IMG/VR virus record: IMGVR_UViG_3300023049_000005
Span: 124,001 to 188,000 of that record
Direction: 5' to 3' (one strand)
DNA: 64,000 nt
Within the stretch, counting starts at the first letter, position 1, and every line of letters begins with the position of its first letter. The translations under genes were made by a program, and so were the position numbers. This document shows, one piece after another, positions 19,690-30,148 of the stretch. The notes beneath the pieces were generated by a model, which searched no databases, was not told the DNA's origin, and worked only from the letters and a program-made list of their open reading frames with translations.

Positions 19690-22085
19690 TATACGTCAAT
19701 TACTAAATAGTCTATTAATTTTCCTTCACTATCGTAGTTCGCTTCAACATTATATTCATATAACGGACTTACGTTGTTAGTAGCATCTGTACTATTTGCG
19801 AATGTTCTAATAGTAGCTGTTTCTAATAAACCATTTATATCATACACTTGATTAGTAATTCTGAAATTCTTTTGTACTAGACCTGCAATTTCTTCCAATA
19901 AGATATTTTGACCATCTATCTTATTATCTATAATAGATATAGTATTGCCTATATTAGTTACGTCATTTAATATTTCATTTGTATTTCCTTCTATAAGTGA
20001 TAAAGTAGTTCCGAAACTATTTATACTTTGTGATAAACCACTAGTGCTATCTTCGATCTCAGATATACTTTGTGATAATCCGTCTACTTTATTATCTATA
20101 ATAGACACAGTAGTTCCAATATTAAATACACTCTGTGATATACCCACAGTAGTAGTATTAATAATAGATACAGTATTTCCTATATTAAATACACTCTGTG
20201 ATATATTATCGGTTGTTACACCTATTCTATTAAGCTCTGTTTCAATCCTAACGAAGTCATTATTATCGATAAGTCCATCTGTTACTACAATGGTATTAGA
20301 ATTTGGTAATCTTTCATCTACGAATGTACCAACCCCTCTTATGTATATAATTCCTTCTAGACATGTTTCATCTACTACTATTCTACCTGATATAAATTCT
20401 AAGGTAGCCACATCACCTGCGTTATTGAAATCTTTAATACGAATATCCCCACTATATGCTCTTAATCCTAAACTAACAACAGAAGCACTTGTCCCTTGGA
20501 ACTTTAATATAGGAGCTTCTATACCAGGCTTGGCTGCTCTACAGTCAGTTAAGATGGGTGTAGCATCTGTACCTATTGATATATCACCTTCGAAAAAACA
20601 ACCGTTCATTAATCCGTAGAAATTATCAATATTCCCTGTAATTGATTTAACTACATAAATAGGTTCTAAGTCACTAGAATTAGAAAAAGTACCTGATAAG
20701 TTAACGTCTTGGAATGTCGTGTTTACACAACTAACATTATCTATTGTTACATCAATAGGATAGTTTTTAGCAAAGACCTTAATAGCAGAAAGATTTTGGT
20801 CGATAACTATTGGCGTTCTTATTTCTAATTGTGTTAAACTATAAGTATCTAATATTTTGAGCGCATCGTCCAAGTTGTTAACAGGTTGTGCAGGAGTTCC
20901 AATAGGATACCTAGACCCACTAACTCCTACTACTGAATCGTATATAACAGCTTCATTATATGCTAATTTTTGTGAAGTGTCTTCTATATCGTAATAGAAC
21001 CCCGATGTATCAACTATTATATTATCTCTAATTTCTTCCGTTACGTGGTTATCGAATGTACCTATACCACGTATAACTATTTCACCTCCTGTGATACCAC
21101 TAAGTAGATTAACCTTGCCTGGGTTCATATCAAATTCTGCTCTACTTCCTGTTCCGAAGCTTCCCGATAATCCAATTTCTCCTGCATAGTGTCTAACATT
21201 GATATTAGATGTATAAAAAGCAGATCCTGTTCCTGTGCTATATGTACCCCCTGGTATCTCTATTATATGATCAGGACTATTGAGGTTAGTTGCTACTGTT
21301 TCAGAAATTAGTAAAATTTTTGGTTGATGATTAGGACTTAATGTTAATGTCCCACCTAACATAGTAGATTGGTATATAACACCATTAAATCCATATAGAT
21401 CAGAAACACCACATCTTTCAAGATATACGTTAGTTGATTGGGGTATAGACATAGTTCCTAATATATTAAAATCGAAGAATCTACATTCTGAAACAGTAAG
21501 ACCTGTGAATACTAAACCAGGAGCAAACTCACTACCATAAAAGTTAAAGTTTTCAACAGGTTGATCAATTACTATATCACCTCTTACACTAAAATTAGAT
21601 ATTCCATAAAAATCTGCAATAGTAATAGCATCTTGTAAGTTATTAACAGGTTGGGCAATAGTACCCGCAGGATATAACGTACTCGATACACCTATTCTAG
21701 TATTTATATTTACCGTTCCTGAATAATCTAATGATTCATCAAGACTAGTATCAATAGTTGCAGCATCAGAGTTACGAATAGACACCGCAGAATTAGTAAT
21801 CTCAACAATAGGCTCGTTTTCTGTATATAGGTTTGTTCCTATCTCTACAGACACATCTTCTGCTATTAATTTCCACCCATTAATTAAGAAATAATAACTA
21901 GGTGCAAATTGTCCTTGGATAGTAGGGTCACCCCCAAACGTCCTAAAAGCCGCAGGATACTTAGCATTATCCGATAATCTCACCCACTCTTTCCAATCAC
22001 TATACAAATCTACCTGTACGTTAAGTTGTTCAATCCCAGGAAGGACTACTATCTCTTTATTTACTCCATTGAAAGCTACTTTCAT
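19689..22085 (-). CDS. Virion structural/fibre protein with internal domain duplication
   Basis: 798 aa; duplicated YPxGTxAQPVNNLxDA module; heptad-like 'SQSVFNIGxTVSII' repeats. Confidence 0.6.
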   Translation of the reverse strand: MKVAFNGVNKEIVVLPGIEQLNVQVDLYSDWKEWVRLSDNAKYPAAFRTFGGDPTIQGQFAPSYYFLINGWKLIAEDVSVEIGTNLYTENEPIVEITNSAVSIRNSDAATIDTSLDESLDYSGTVNINTRIGVSSTLYPAGTIAQPVNNLQDAITIADFYGISNFSVRGDIVIDQPVENFNFYGSEFAPGLVFTGLTVSECRFFDFNILGTMSIPQSTNVYLERCGVSDLYGFNGVIYQSTMLGGTLTLSPNHQPKILLISETVATNLNSPDHIIEIPGGTYSTGTGSAFYTSNINVRHYAGEIGLSGSFGTGSRAEFDMNPGKVNLLSGITGGEIVIRGIGTFDNHVTEEIRDNIIVDTSGFYYDIEDTSQKLAYNEAVIYDSVVGVSGSRYPIGTPAQPVNNLDDALKILDTYSLTQLEIRTPIVIDQNLSAIKVFAKNYPIDVTIDNVSCVNTTFQDVNLSGTFSNSSDLEPIYVVKSITGNIDNFYGLMNGCFFEGDISIGTDATPILTDCRAAKPGIEAPILKFQGTSASVVSLGLRAYSGDIRIKDFNNAGDVATLEFISGRIVVDETCLEGIIYIRGVGTFVDERLPNSNTIVVTDGLIDNNDFVRIETELNRIGVTTDNISQSVFNIGNTVSIINTTTVGISQSVFNIGTTVSIIDNKVDGLSQSISEIEDSTSGLSQSINSFGTTLSLIEGNTNEILNDVTNIGNTISIIDNKIDGQNILLEEIAGLVQKNFRITNQVYDINGLLETATIRTFANSTDATNNVSPLYEYNVEANYDSEGKLIDYLVIDV

Positions 22086-22172
22086 TTAATTTAGTGGTAA
22101 TATTTCTTTATATATATAATAAATATGATATCTCGAAACTAAACTTTTGTTTATTAATTAGATAGAAGAAAA

Positions 22173-22388
22173 ATGGACTTAGAAGAATTACAACAAATCA
22201 TTAAACAAGAACAGAGAGAAGAGAATATAAATGCTCTTTTCGAAAACAGAGATGCGGAAGAAATTGCATATATGACAGACCTCTCTAATGGGAATAAATT
22301 AAGAATAGATAAAGATGGGATGTCAATAGAAGTAAGACCTATTGTAGAAAGCATAAATGTAACTATAAGTATCACATCTTCTTTTTGA
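22173..22388 (+). CDS. Hypothetical protein (N-terminal REENINALF motif)
   Basis: 71-aa ORF. Confidence 0.6.
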   Translation: MDLEELQQIIKQEQREENINALFENRDAEEIAYMTDLSNGNKLRIDKDGMSIEVRPIVESINVTISITSSF

Positions 22389-22486
22389 TATTTTTTAAAT
22401 ATTTTTAAAACATTTGAATTAAAATATACTATATAAGTAATTGATAACCAATTAATATTAATAGAGAGAAAAAAATAATAATAACA

Positions 22487-23725
22487 ATGGCAAAAAAGAA
22501 AAAAGAATTTACTTTTTCAGAAATCGGTGGAATGATCGATGACCTAGCTAAAAAGACACCAATTTTAGTTGCGGATGATGAAAAAGAAGTAGATAAAGTA
22601 AGTACGGGTATTTATATACTGAATGCGTGTTTATCAGGTAGTTTATTTGGTGGGATAAAGGGAGATGCTATCACAGTGTTTGCAGGACCTGAGGCTTCGG
22701 GAAAATCCTTCTTAGCACTTAATGCTTGTAGAGAAGCACAGAAAAAAGGATATGGTATTATCTATATCGATACTGAGAACTCTATCGACAGAAGTGATTT
22801 ACCACAATACGGAATAGACAACAGCATAGGTGCTTTTAAATTGATTAAAACTAATAAAGTGGAAGATATTAATATGTTTGTTACTCAGCTTTTAGATAAT
22901 ATGAAAGAGAGAAAGTTAAAGGGTGATGAACCACCAAAGATGCTTTTTGTATTAGATAGTTTAGCTCAACTTGCTTCTAATAAAGAAAAAGAAGACTTAA
23001 TTAGTGGTAAATTAAAACAAGATATGACTAAAGCGAAAGCTATTGGTTCATTCTTTAGATCAATCACTATTGATTTAGGATACTTAGATATTCCAATGAT
23101 CGTAAATAACCAAACTTATCAAACAATGGATATGTTTCCACAAGAGATAATGAAGGGTGGTAGATCTTTATATTACTCTGCTTCTAATATTACTTTTTTA
23201 AGTAAAGCTAAACTGAAGACAGGTAAAGAAGATGAACATGAAATGCAGAGTGGTATTATTGTTACTGCTAAAGCTGTGAAAAACAGACAAGTTAAACCTA
23301 AGAAAGTTAAATTCGAGATCTCATTCTCACAAGGATGTAACCCATACGTTGGTTTAGATATGTTCTGTATACCAAGATTCTTTGATAGAATCGGTATAGC
23401 CAAAGGAAAATGGGAAGAGTATGATAAGCCTGTTGAAGTAGTTGATGAAAAAACAGGTGAAGTAACTCTAAAAGAAGGTGAGTTAAAAGAAGGTGGTAAT
23501 AAATGGTATGTAAGACACTTAGGTAAAAGTGTTTGGTCAAAAGATTTATTCACTGCTGATATATTCACACAAGAAGTATTAGAGGCTATGGAACCAGTTG
23601 CACAAGCTTATTTCAAGTATAAATCAATAGATGAGATCACAGAGGAGCATAAGCAATTCGAAGATATAGATGATTTCGAAGACGTTGATGAAGATAATTT
23701 ATCAGCAGAAGATCTTTTTGATTAA
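22487..23725 (+). CDS. uvsX: RecA-like recombinase (UvsX)
   Basis: Walker A GPEASGKS, IYIDTE, Walker B FVLDS, 'MKGG..LYYSAS'. Confidence 0.92.
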   Translation: MAKKKKEFTFSEIGGMIDDLAKKTPILVADDEKEVDKVSTGIYILNACLSGSLFGGIKGDAITVFAGPEASGKSFLALNACREAQKKGYGIIYIDTENSIDRSDLPQYGIDNSIGAFKLIKTNKVEDINMFVTQLLDNMKERKLKGDEPPKMLFVLDSLAQLASNKEKEDLISGKLKQDMTKAKAIGSFFRSITIDLGYLDIPMIVNNQTYQTMDMFPQEIMKGGRSLYYSASNITFLSKAKLKTGKEDEHEMQSGIIVTAKAVKNRQVKPKKVKFEISFSQGCNPYVGLDMFCIPRFFDRIGIAKGKWEEYDKPVEVVDEKTGEVTLKEGELKEGGNKWYVRHLGKSVWSKDLFTADIFTQEVLEAMEPVAQAYFKYKSIDEITEEHKQFEDIDDFEDVDEDNLSAEDLFD

Positions 23726-23734
23726 TTTTGTAAA

Positions 23735-24154
23735 ATGGAAACAAAAACATTTTTACAAGAGTTTATTGATAAGATAGATAATGATCCACATTTCTTTGAT
23801 GATTTTATAGAAAGTCAGAAAGAAGCAGAAAAGTATTCGATTCACCAAAGAGAAAGGTTAGGTAGATTTATATCTAATTTATCAAAAAGTGAACTCGAAT
23901 CCTTTTTGTTTAATACCTATATTCCTTGGGAACAGAAAACAATAAACCAATTATATAGAGAAGGTATAGAAGGAAATTCTACTATATTTAATGCCATCAA
24001 TGAGTACATAGCATATTATGGTGAAGAAATTGATTTAGATGAAGACTTCTTTTCTAGTGGTTATAGAATGGGTGATTATGTATTAATTACCTATTGTGGA
24101 CAAGGATGTTTTCATAGATTAAGTTATAAAGGCGAAAAGATTTTAACAACTTAA
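23735..24154 (+). CDS. Hypothetical protein
   Basis: 139-aa ORF. Confidence 0.7.
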   Translation: METKTFLQEFIDKIDNDPHFFDDFIESQKEAEKYSIHQRERLGRFISNLSKSELESFLFNTYIPWEQKTINQLYREGIEGNSTIFNAINEYIAYYGEEIDLDEDFFSSGYRMGDYVLITYCGQGCFHRLSYKGEKILTT

Positions 24155-24165
24155 TTATTTTTTAG

Positions 24166-24173
24166 TACATTTG
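24166..24173 (+). promoter_or_regulatory. Bacteroidota-type -7 promoter box (TAnnTTTG)
   Basis: TACATTTG in intergenic gap; same box at 37956, 39586, 39901, 53867 (+) and 60093, 60849, 61556 (-). Confidence 0.6.
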
Positions 24174-24232
24174 TTTATTATTAAATTAATATGAAATTAG
24201 AAACAGAAAGTGGTAATTTAATTTGAATAAAT

Positions 24233-24595
24233 ATGGATTCTGATATAGAACAAGTAGTAAATTCAATTGATAGTGATAGATCATTGTTATCGGGTAATGA
24301 TTATAAGTATATTAGTTATAAAGATAAAGAGTATTTATATAAAGTAACTGATGAATGCACATTATTATATGGTGAAACAATTATTTGTGATCCTAATACC
24401 CCAATATATACAACCAAAAAAAGATTATTTGGTTTGGGTAAGAGTAGTAAGACAATAGAGTATAAAACACTTTTTGTCATAGATAAGAATATAGAAAATC
24501 CCGAATACTCTAAATCAGATATCAAAAAACTCTTTAAAAGAGCTTATGATACATATCAAAGAGAATTAGAAATAAGAAAAGGAGAATTATTATGA
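24233..24595 (+). CDS. Hypothetical protein
   Basis: 120-aa ORF. Confidence 0.7.
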   Translation: MDSDIEQVVNSIDSDRSLLSGNDYKYISYKDKEYLYKVTDECTLLYGETIICDPNTPIYTTKKRLFGLGKSSKTIEYKTLFVIDKNIENPEYSKSDIKKLFKRAYDTYQRELEIRKGELL

Positions 24596-25017
24596 AAGAA
24601 GCAATAAAAAAAGAAATGATTTCTGCTATGAAATCTAAGAATAAAGAAAGATTAAGTGTGATAAGACTTATCAACGGTAAGATTACTGACGCATTGAAGG
24701 AAGACGAAAATACTAACCTAGTATCTGTATTGGATAGTATGGTTAAGGAAAGAAATAAGTCTATCGAATCATATTTAGAGGGTGGTGCAGAAGAACTTGC
24801 TAAACAAGAAGAATATGAGATTACAGTAATCAATGAGTTCTTACCTCAAAGAATGGATATTCTAGAAATAGAAAAGGAAGCCGAAGAAGTTATTAAACAA
24901 ACAGGTGCTAGTTCTATGAGAGATATGGGTAAAGTAATGGGTATCCTAAAAGGTAAATTAGGGGATACTGCTACACCAAGTGATATTGCTACTGCGGTTA
25001 AATCAAAATTGTCTTAA
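24592..25017 (+). CDS. yqeY: GatB/YqeY domain protein
   Basis: 'AMKSKNKERLSVIR...KERNKSIESY...ELAKQE..EI.VI..FLPQ...GASSMRDMGKVMG'. Confidence 0.9.
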   Translation: MKEAIKKEMISAMKSKNKERLSVIRLINGKITDALKEDENTNLVSVLDSMVKERNKSIESYLEGGAEELAKQEEYEITVINEFLPQRMDILEIEKEAEEVIKQTGASSMRDMGKVMGILKGKLGDTATPSDIATAVKSKLS

Positions 25018-25256
25018 TGGATAACTTTGATTATAATGATAAAGGGTTTATAGACTACATAAATGAAGATAAACTCGTATTTTTATCTCGTATTATTAAA
25101 TTGGATTTAACTAGTTTTGTAGATATTTGTGTAGCAGATACTCATGATAATAAACAATTCGCTATTAATATTAGGTATATAAACAATTTGAAAGAAAAAT
25201 ATAAAGCAACTAAAAGAGATGGTTTAATAAACCATGTTCTAGATGATACTATATGA
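25017..25256 (+). CDS. Hypothetical protein with C-terminal RDGLINHVLD motif
   Basis: 79-aa ORF. Confidence 0.7.
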   Translation: MDNFDYNDKGFIDYINEDKLVFLSRIIKLDLTSFVDICVADTHDNKQFAINIRYINNLKEKYKATKRDGLINHVLDDTI

Positions 25257-25479
25257 AGATTTAGAAAAATATTATAATAAACCTAATGATTGGATTCCTG
25301 CTAAACAAGCTTTTTTTGGTCGCCATAAAAGGATACCTAGAAAGTTAAAAAAGAAAGGTAGAAGGTGTCAAGAGAAACACCCGTATTTAGAAATAAATCA
25401 ATGTTTATAGTATCTCTTACAGAAACAAGATCCTAATTATGCTAGGTATTTAATAAAATTAGTAATTAAATCAGATTAA
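25243..25479 (+). pseudogene. Small phage protein (RIPRKLKK motif) interrupted by an in-frame TAG
   Basis: ATG 25243; TAG at 25408-25410 in 'INQCL*YLLQKQDPNYARYLIK'; frame continues to TAA 25479. Confidence 0.55.
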
Positions 25480-25541
25480 AATGATACGTAATAATAAATT
25501 AATAGCATTAGAAAATAACATATTAAAAGAAGTTAGATAAG

Positions 25542-25730
25542 ATGGCAAAAGTTATACGAATTGACGAAACTAAAGCAAATCAAAGAACACATTCAGATTG
25601 CGGTGCTGTAATAGAATATTTCCCAAATGAAGTGGAAAGTATAGTAGAGAATGAACCATATGGCGGTGGAACAGATACATATCATTATCTGACTTGTCCC
25701 AATTGTGGTAAAAAAATGAGGTGGTGTTAA
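25542..25730 (+). CDS. Small zinc-ribbon protein
   Basis: HxxC...CPNC. Confidence 0.7.
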   Translation: MAKVIRIDETKANQRTHSDCGAVIEYFPNEVESIVENEPYGGGTDTYHYLTCPNCGKKMRWC

Positions 25731-25768
25731 TATTGTATATAACCCCTTTATTTTAATAACAAAATAAA

Positions 25769-25990
25769 ATGGAAAAAAAGACCACAGAAGAATTCTTTTT
25801 AGATAAAGAAGAATTGAAGAAAATTATAGTGAAAGATATGATCAAGAAAGGTCATATCAGCGAAGATATTGATATTAAAGATATTATCATATCAGAGGTT
25901 ACTAAAACAGAATCAGAACCTGCTGCAGATCTACGTGAAGCTATGTATTATGATGCGTTTAAAGGTATTAGAATTAGAGTAGAATATTAA
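25769..25990 (+). CDS. Hypothetical protein
   Basis: 73-aa ORF. Confidence 0.65.
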   Translation: MEKKTTEEFFLDKEELKKIIVKDMIKKGHISEDIDIKDIIISEVTKTESEPAADLREAMYYDAFKGIRIRVEY

Positions 25991-25991
25991 T

Positions 25992-26306
25992 ATGAATAAG
26001 AAAGATTCAAAAATAATAGCTGAAACAATAACTAATGAGGAATTATTGGATATGTTTAATAACGCTAAAGAAAATATAACTGATTGGACTAAGGTTAGTA
26101 GTGTTAATAAAGGAATGACCAAAGGAGTAAGTTGGAATATCCTAGCTAAAGACTTTGATATGAATCATAAATATCACATTTTAGCTAAAACAAACATGGT
26201 ACGTGAGTTCGGAGAATTTCTTCCTGATCAACTAAAGCCACAGAAGATCAATAAACAATCTTCTAATAACCCACTTGTTCACCAAGAACCTAAATTCAAT
26301 GGATAG
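25992..26306 (+). CDS. Hypothetical protein
   Basis: 104-aa ORF. Confidence 0.7.
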   Translation: MNKKDSKIIAETITNEELLDMFNNAKENITDWTKVSSVNKGMTKGVSWNILAKDFDMNHKYHILAKTNMVREFGEFLPDQLKPQKINKQSSNNPLVHQEPKFNG

Positions 26307-26595
26307 TTATATAGTGGTAAAAGAATATTTAGGTATAAAAGAAGGTACTGTTATATCTCCCGATAATGATAAATATATTATCGAAGTAGAAGGTAATAAC
26401 TTAGAAATATGTAAAACAAACCTAGATAGTTTGGATAATTTTGAGAAACAAGATCCGTTATCTATCGAAGAAATCACAGAGGAATCTGATACTAAGAAAA
26501 GATATAGAGTACAAATAGATATCAATTGCACAGAAACTAAGAGGAAAGAAATAGAATCTTTTCTTAGAGAAAATCTAAATGATATTTTAAATTAA
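26299..26595 (+). CDS. Hypothetical protein
   Basis: Likely start MDSYIVV at 26299 within ORF 26275..26595. Confidence 0.65.
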   Translation: MDSYIVVKEYLGIKEGTVISPDNDKYIIEVEGNNLEICKTNLDSLDNFEKQDPLSIEEITEESDTKKRYRVQIDINCTETKRKEIESFLRENLNDILN

Positions 26596-26648
26596 TCAAC
26601 AAAAATAACTTTATTTATATAATATATAAATAAAAGATAGTTATATAA

Positions 26649-27242
26649 ATGGATAAAAAATTTGAGAAGTTATTTAATAAGTATTTCAGCCTAGATAATT
26701 TTGATGGTGATGAGGAACTTATGGAAAACTTTAAAGAGTTATTCCTTAGTATGATGAACGTAAGTGAAAGTAAAATAGAAGATGTCAAGGATATTGATAT
26801 GTTTAACATAGGAGAAGATATGAAAAATATAATGAAAGGTAACGAAGAGTTCAAAACATTAAACGGGGAACAAACACAAACTATCATCAATAAGTTTAAT
26901 ATGAAAATTAAATCGATAGAGACTAACAGAGAACCGAATATGCAAATATCGATGATTAAAGTAAGTGAAGAATGGACGACTGAAAACTCTAATTATATTA
27001 TACAACAATCATATTACTTAAATTTAAATTCTTTCAACGAAAGGAAATATGACGTGAAGCTTCTGACGATTGATGAATTAATAGAAGCTAATTTATTTAA
27101 TTCCAAAGAACATGAGCCTTTTATGGCTGAGTTACTTGACGTAGATAAAGAGATCTTTTATAATAAATTAATCGATATATCTTTAGAATATGAGAACTAT
27201 GAGGACGCAGCATTTTATAGAGATCTCATAGACAGTAAATAG
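26649..27242 (+). CDS. Hypothetical protein with C-terminal UVR (UvrB/C) motif
   Basis: 'SLEYENYEDAAFYRDLI'. Confidence 0.65.
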   Translation: MDKKFEKLFNKYFSLDNFDGDEELMENFKELFLSMMNVSESKIEDVKDIDMFNIGEDMKNIMKGNEEFKTLNGEQTQTIINKFNMKIKSIETNREPNMQISMIKVSEEWTTENSNYIIQQSYYLNLNSFNERKYDVKLLTIDELIEANLFNSKEHEPFMAELLDVDKEIFYNKLIDISLEYENYEDAAFYRDLIDSK

Positions 27243-27928
27243 AGATATATTAATAGAGAATCATTTACATCTTCATGTGGCTTAGGCACATTCTTACCTA
27301 TTTCTATACCTTTTAAATAATCTACATAACGTTTAATATTGGTGGGTACATTACCCCAATCATCTTTTTCAATAATAGCATTTAACATTTCTACTTTAGT
27401 GAATTTACCACCCGCTAAACCTTCACTATTTCTATGCTCTAATACTATTCTCTTTTTCTTTTTCCCTATTTCTTTCTCAATAGGAGGATAAACCATTTTA
27501 CAAGTTTCTAATTTCAATGTACTTGGACTAATGATCATTATATCAGTTGTTATTCTTAATAATTCATTTCTTAAAAGCGTACCAAATTGTACTAGGTCAA
27601 TTAAATTGCCCGCACTAGATCCATAGCTATATCCCTCAATTCCTACAATAGTATCACTATTTAAGTCGATTGTTTTTAATATAGAATCGATAACTTTAGT
27701 TACTACCTTTTTATATTCGATCAATTTAAATACTTGTTCTTCTTGGTAATTATCATAATTTACTTTTCTATGGAACTCAAAACTAACATAAGGTTCTATA
27801 TCTAAGAACCATTTACTTAAATTACCTTTCTTTGTGATTGCACTATCTTCGTAACTATAGTTAAATAGCTGTCCATTTACACAAAGACCCGTTGATGTTA
27901 TACTTGGGTCTATACCGATTATATTCAT
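27215..27928 (-). CDS. RuvC-like Holliday junction resolvase
   Basis: IIGIDPS..STG, IEGYSYGS, C-terminal DVNDS. Confidence 0.8.
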   Translation of the reverse strand: MNIIGIDPSITSTGLCVNGQLFNYSYEDSAITKKGNLSKWFLDIEPYVSFEFHRKVNYDNYQEEQVFKLIEYKKVVTKVIDSILKTIDLNSDTIVGIEGYSYGSSAGNLIDLVQFGTLLRNELLRITTDIMIISPSTLKLETCKMVYPPIEKEIGKKKKRIVLEHRNSEGLAGGKFTKVEMLNAIIEKDDWGNVPTNIKRYVDYLKGIEIGKNVPKPHEDVNDSLLIYLYLLSMRSL

Positions 27929-27996
27929 TAATCATATTATTTTTTGTAGATTATATATAAAAGTGGAAGGGAGCTATCCTTTTTAATACATAGGTC

Positions 27997-28344
27997 ATGA
28001 AAAAATCTATTTATTTAATATCTTATTTCCTTGATGATGAGGAAAAAGCATATAAGATAGGATATACTAAAAGAGAAGTGGGAACAAGAGTAAAGGAACT
28101 AAAAACAGCAAACCCTAATGATCTTATTATAGAAAAGGTATATGAAACAGATCAATATACATCTAATATCGAGAGAATGTTACATAAAGAGTTCAAACAC
28201 AAGAAGATAGATGGTGAATGGTTTTTATTAGATGATGAAGATGTGAGTAAATTTGAATCACTTTGTGATAAGTTTTACCAAACATTTGATATGTTACAAA
28301 ACCAAAATACATATATAATCGATAATAATATCACATATAAATAA
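27997..28344 (+). CDS. GIY-YIG T5orf172/MUG113-family protein
   Basis: 'IYLI...YKIGYT...RVKELKTANP...IERMLH..F...GEWF'. Confidence 0.85.
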   Translation: MKKSIYLISYFLDDEEKAYKIGYTKREVGTRVKELKTANPNDLIIEKVYETDQYTSNIERMLHKEFKHKKIDGEWFLLDDEDVSKFESLCDKFYQTFDMLQNQNTYIIDNNITYK

Positions 28345-28389
28345 ACTTTTTGGTTGTTATTGAATAACATATGTAAAAGAATTTTATAT

Positions 28390-28896
28390 ATGAAAATATC
28401 GATAAAACCCAGTGATATCATAAAAAGAGCTTTGTGGTACAAATATGAAAATTATATCTTAGATGGGAAGTCTAAAGAAGAAATACGTAAAATCATCAAC
28501 GAAGACGAAGAATTCGAAATCAGAGAAGAAGACGCTCTTATTATTAATTTTATTACCTGTATAGAAACAGACAACCTAAGACATAAATTAAACGATCATA
28601 TTAAACACTTATTTGATATCAGATCTACTGAAATAGCTACAGATAAGAAAAGTAACCAAATAGTTATTACAAAGAATCTTATTGAGAATGAATTGGAGAA
28701 ATTCTTAAAGAATTTTCCTGATGAATGGGAATCAGAGCTTAATTATAAGCAAGGGATAAAAGACCTTAAAAAATACATAGCTGTATTAAAAGAAAGGTTA
28801 CAGAAGCTACAAATACATAATAGTGACTTCCAAGGAAAGACTATTGAGTATGTACAAGTTAACCATGTTAAAAAAATGTTAGAATTTAACCATTAA
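28390..28896 (+). CDS. Hypothetical protein
   Basis: Likely start MKISIKP at 28390. Confidence 0.7.
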   Translation: MKISIKPSDIIKRALWYKYENYILDGKSKEEIRKIINEDEEFEIREEDALIINFITCIETDNLRHKLNDHIKHLFDIRSTEIATDKKSNQIVITKNLIENELEKFLKNFPDEWESELNYKQGIKDLKKYIAVLKERLQKLQIHNSDFQGKTIEYVQVNHVKKMLEFNH

Positions 28897-28897
28897 T

Positions 28898-29938
28898 ATG
28901 AAAGATTATTACAATATATTAGGTGTCAGTAAAGACGTATCTGATGCAGAATTAAAGAAAGTATATAGAAAGTTATCTAAGAAGTATCACCCTGATATTT
29001 CAAAAGAAGCTAATGCTGAAGATAAATTCAAAGAAGTATCTGAGGCATATGAAGTACTTTCTGATTCTCAGAAAAGACAAAAATATGATAGAGGTGGATC
29101 TAATGATCCATTCGGAGGCTTTGGTGGCTTCGGTGGAGATCCATTCGGAGATATGTTTGGTGACTTCTTCGGTAACAAGAGAGCATCTAGAACAAGGGAT
29201 AATACTAATTTAGATATTGTTTTGGATGTGGATCTTACTTTAGATGAAGTAGAACTAGGTGGCACTAAGAAGATTAGATACAAAAGAACTATGAATTGCC
29301 AAACTTGTAAGGGAGAAGGTGGTGATGGTTCTTCTACTTGTAGCTCTTGTAATGGAAGAGGAAGAAGGGTAGAAAGGGTTCAAACACCCATGGGGATATT
29401 ACAGACAGAAACCATATGTCCTAATTGTGGCGGTTCGGGTCAAACTATTGCTAATACCTGTAATAGCTGTCATGGAAAAAGCAGAGAAGAAAAATTCGAA
29501 GAAACGGTTGTTAACTTTGGTAAAGGTGTTTCAGAATCCATGAAGTATAAATATAACGGTAAAGGACATCAGAGAAAAGGAAGAAAGGGAGATTTGTATA
29601 TTCGTTTTGTTATCAGGAATCATCCTATATTTAAAAGAAACGACACAACTCTCATACAAGAAGTAACTGTTCCTTTTAATGTCCTAATGTTAGGTGGTGA
29701 AATTACTGTATCAGGGTTAAATGGGAAAAGTTATAAGTTGAATGTTCCTAAACTTTCTAGAACGGGAGCATCGTTAAGACTTAAAGATAAAGGATTACCT
29801 TATTCGGAAGGACAATTAAGAGGCGATATGATCGTAGTATTGAATATAGATTTACCTAAAGAGCTAACAGAAGAAGAAATTGGTATAATCGAGCAACTGA
29901 ACGAAAAGGATAATTTTATATATAATATTAAAAAGTAA
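28898..29938 (+). CDS. dnaJ: Chaperone DnaJ (full length)
   Basis: J-domain HPD, G/F region, four CxxCxGxG-type repeats, C-terminal domain. Confidence 0.95.
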   Translation: MKDYYNILGVSKDVSDAELKKVYRKLSKKYHPDISKEANAEDKFKEVSEAYEVLSDSQKRQKYDRGGSNDPFGGFGGFGGDPFGDMFGDFFGNKRASRTRDNTNLDIVLDVDLTLDEVELGGTKKIRYKRTMNCQTCKGEGGDGSSTCSSCNGRGRRVERVQTPMGILQTETICPNCGGSGQTIANTCNSCHGKSREEKFEETVVNFGKGVSESMKYKYNGKGHQRKGRKGDLYIRFVIRNHPIFKRNDTTLIQEVTVPFNVLMLGGEITVSGLNGKSYKLNVPKLSRTGASLRLKDKGLPYSEGQLRGDMIVVLNIDLPKELTEEEIGIIEQLNEKDNFIYNIKK

Positions 29939-29944
29939 ACAATT

Positions 29945-30148
29945 ATGTTAAATATAAAAGTAGATGATAAGGGCAGTAAGAACGCTATAGAGAAAGCCTT
30001 AAAGCAATATAAGAATAAGGTAAGAGATACTAAAATGATGGATAAACTTAGAGAAAAGAAAGAATACAAAAAGAAATCTGTTAAAAGAAGAGAAGAAATC
30101 AATAAAGCAGTATACGTAGAGAAAAAATTTAAATCTAATGATCAGTAA
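29945..30148 (+). CDS. rpsU: 30S ribosomal protein bS21
   Basis: 'IEKALKQYKNKV......LREKKEYKKKSVKRR' S21 signature. Confidence 0.85.
   Translation: MLNIKVDDKGSKNAIEKALKQYKNKVRDTKMMDKLREKKEYKKKSVKRREEINKAVYVEKKFKSNDQ

Noticed and set aside
19945-20619. 224-aa plus-strand ORF and the many other antisense ORFs (e.g. 41325..41963, 62095..62523, 23173..23568)
   Set aside because: They lie opposite well-supported genes and have the S/I/L/F-rich composition of shadow frames.
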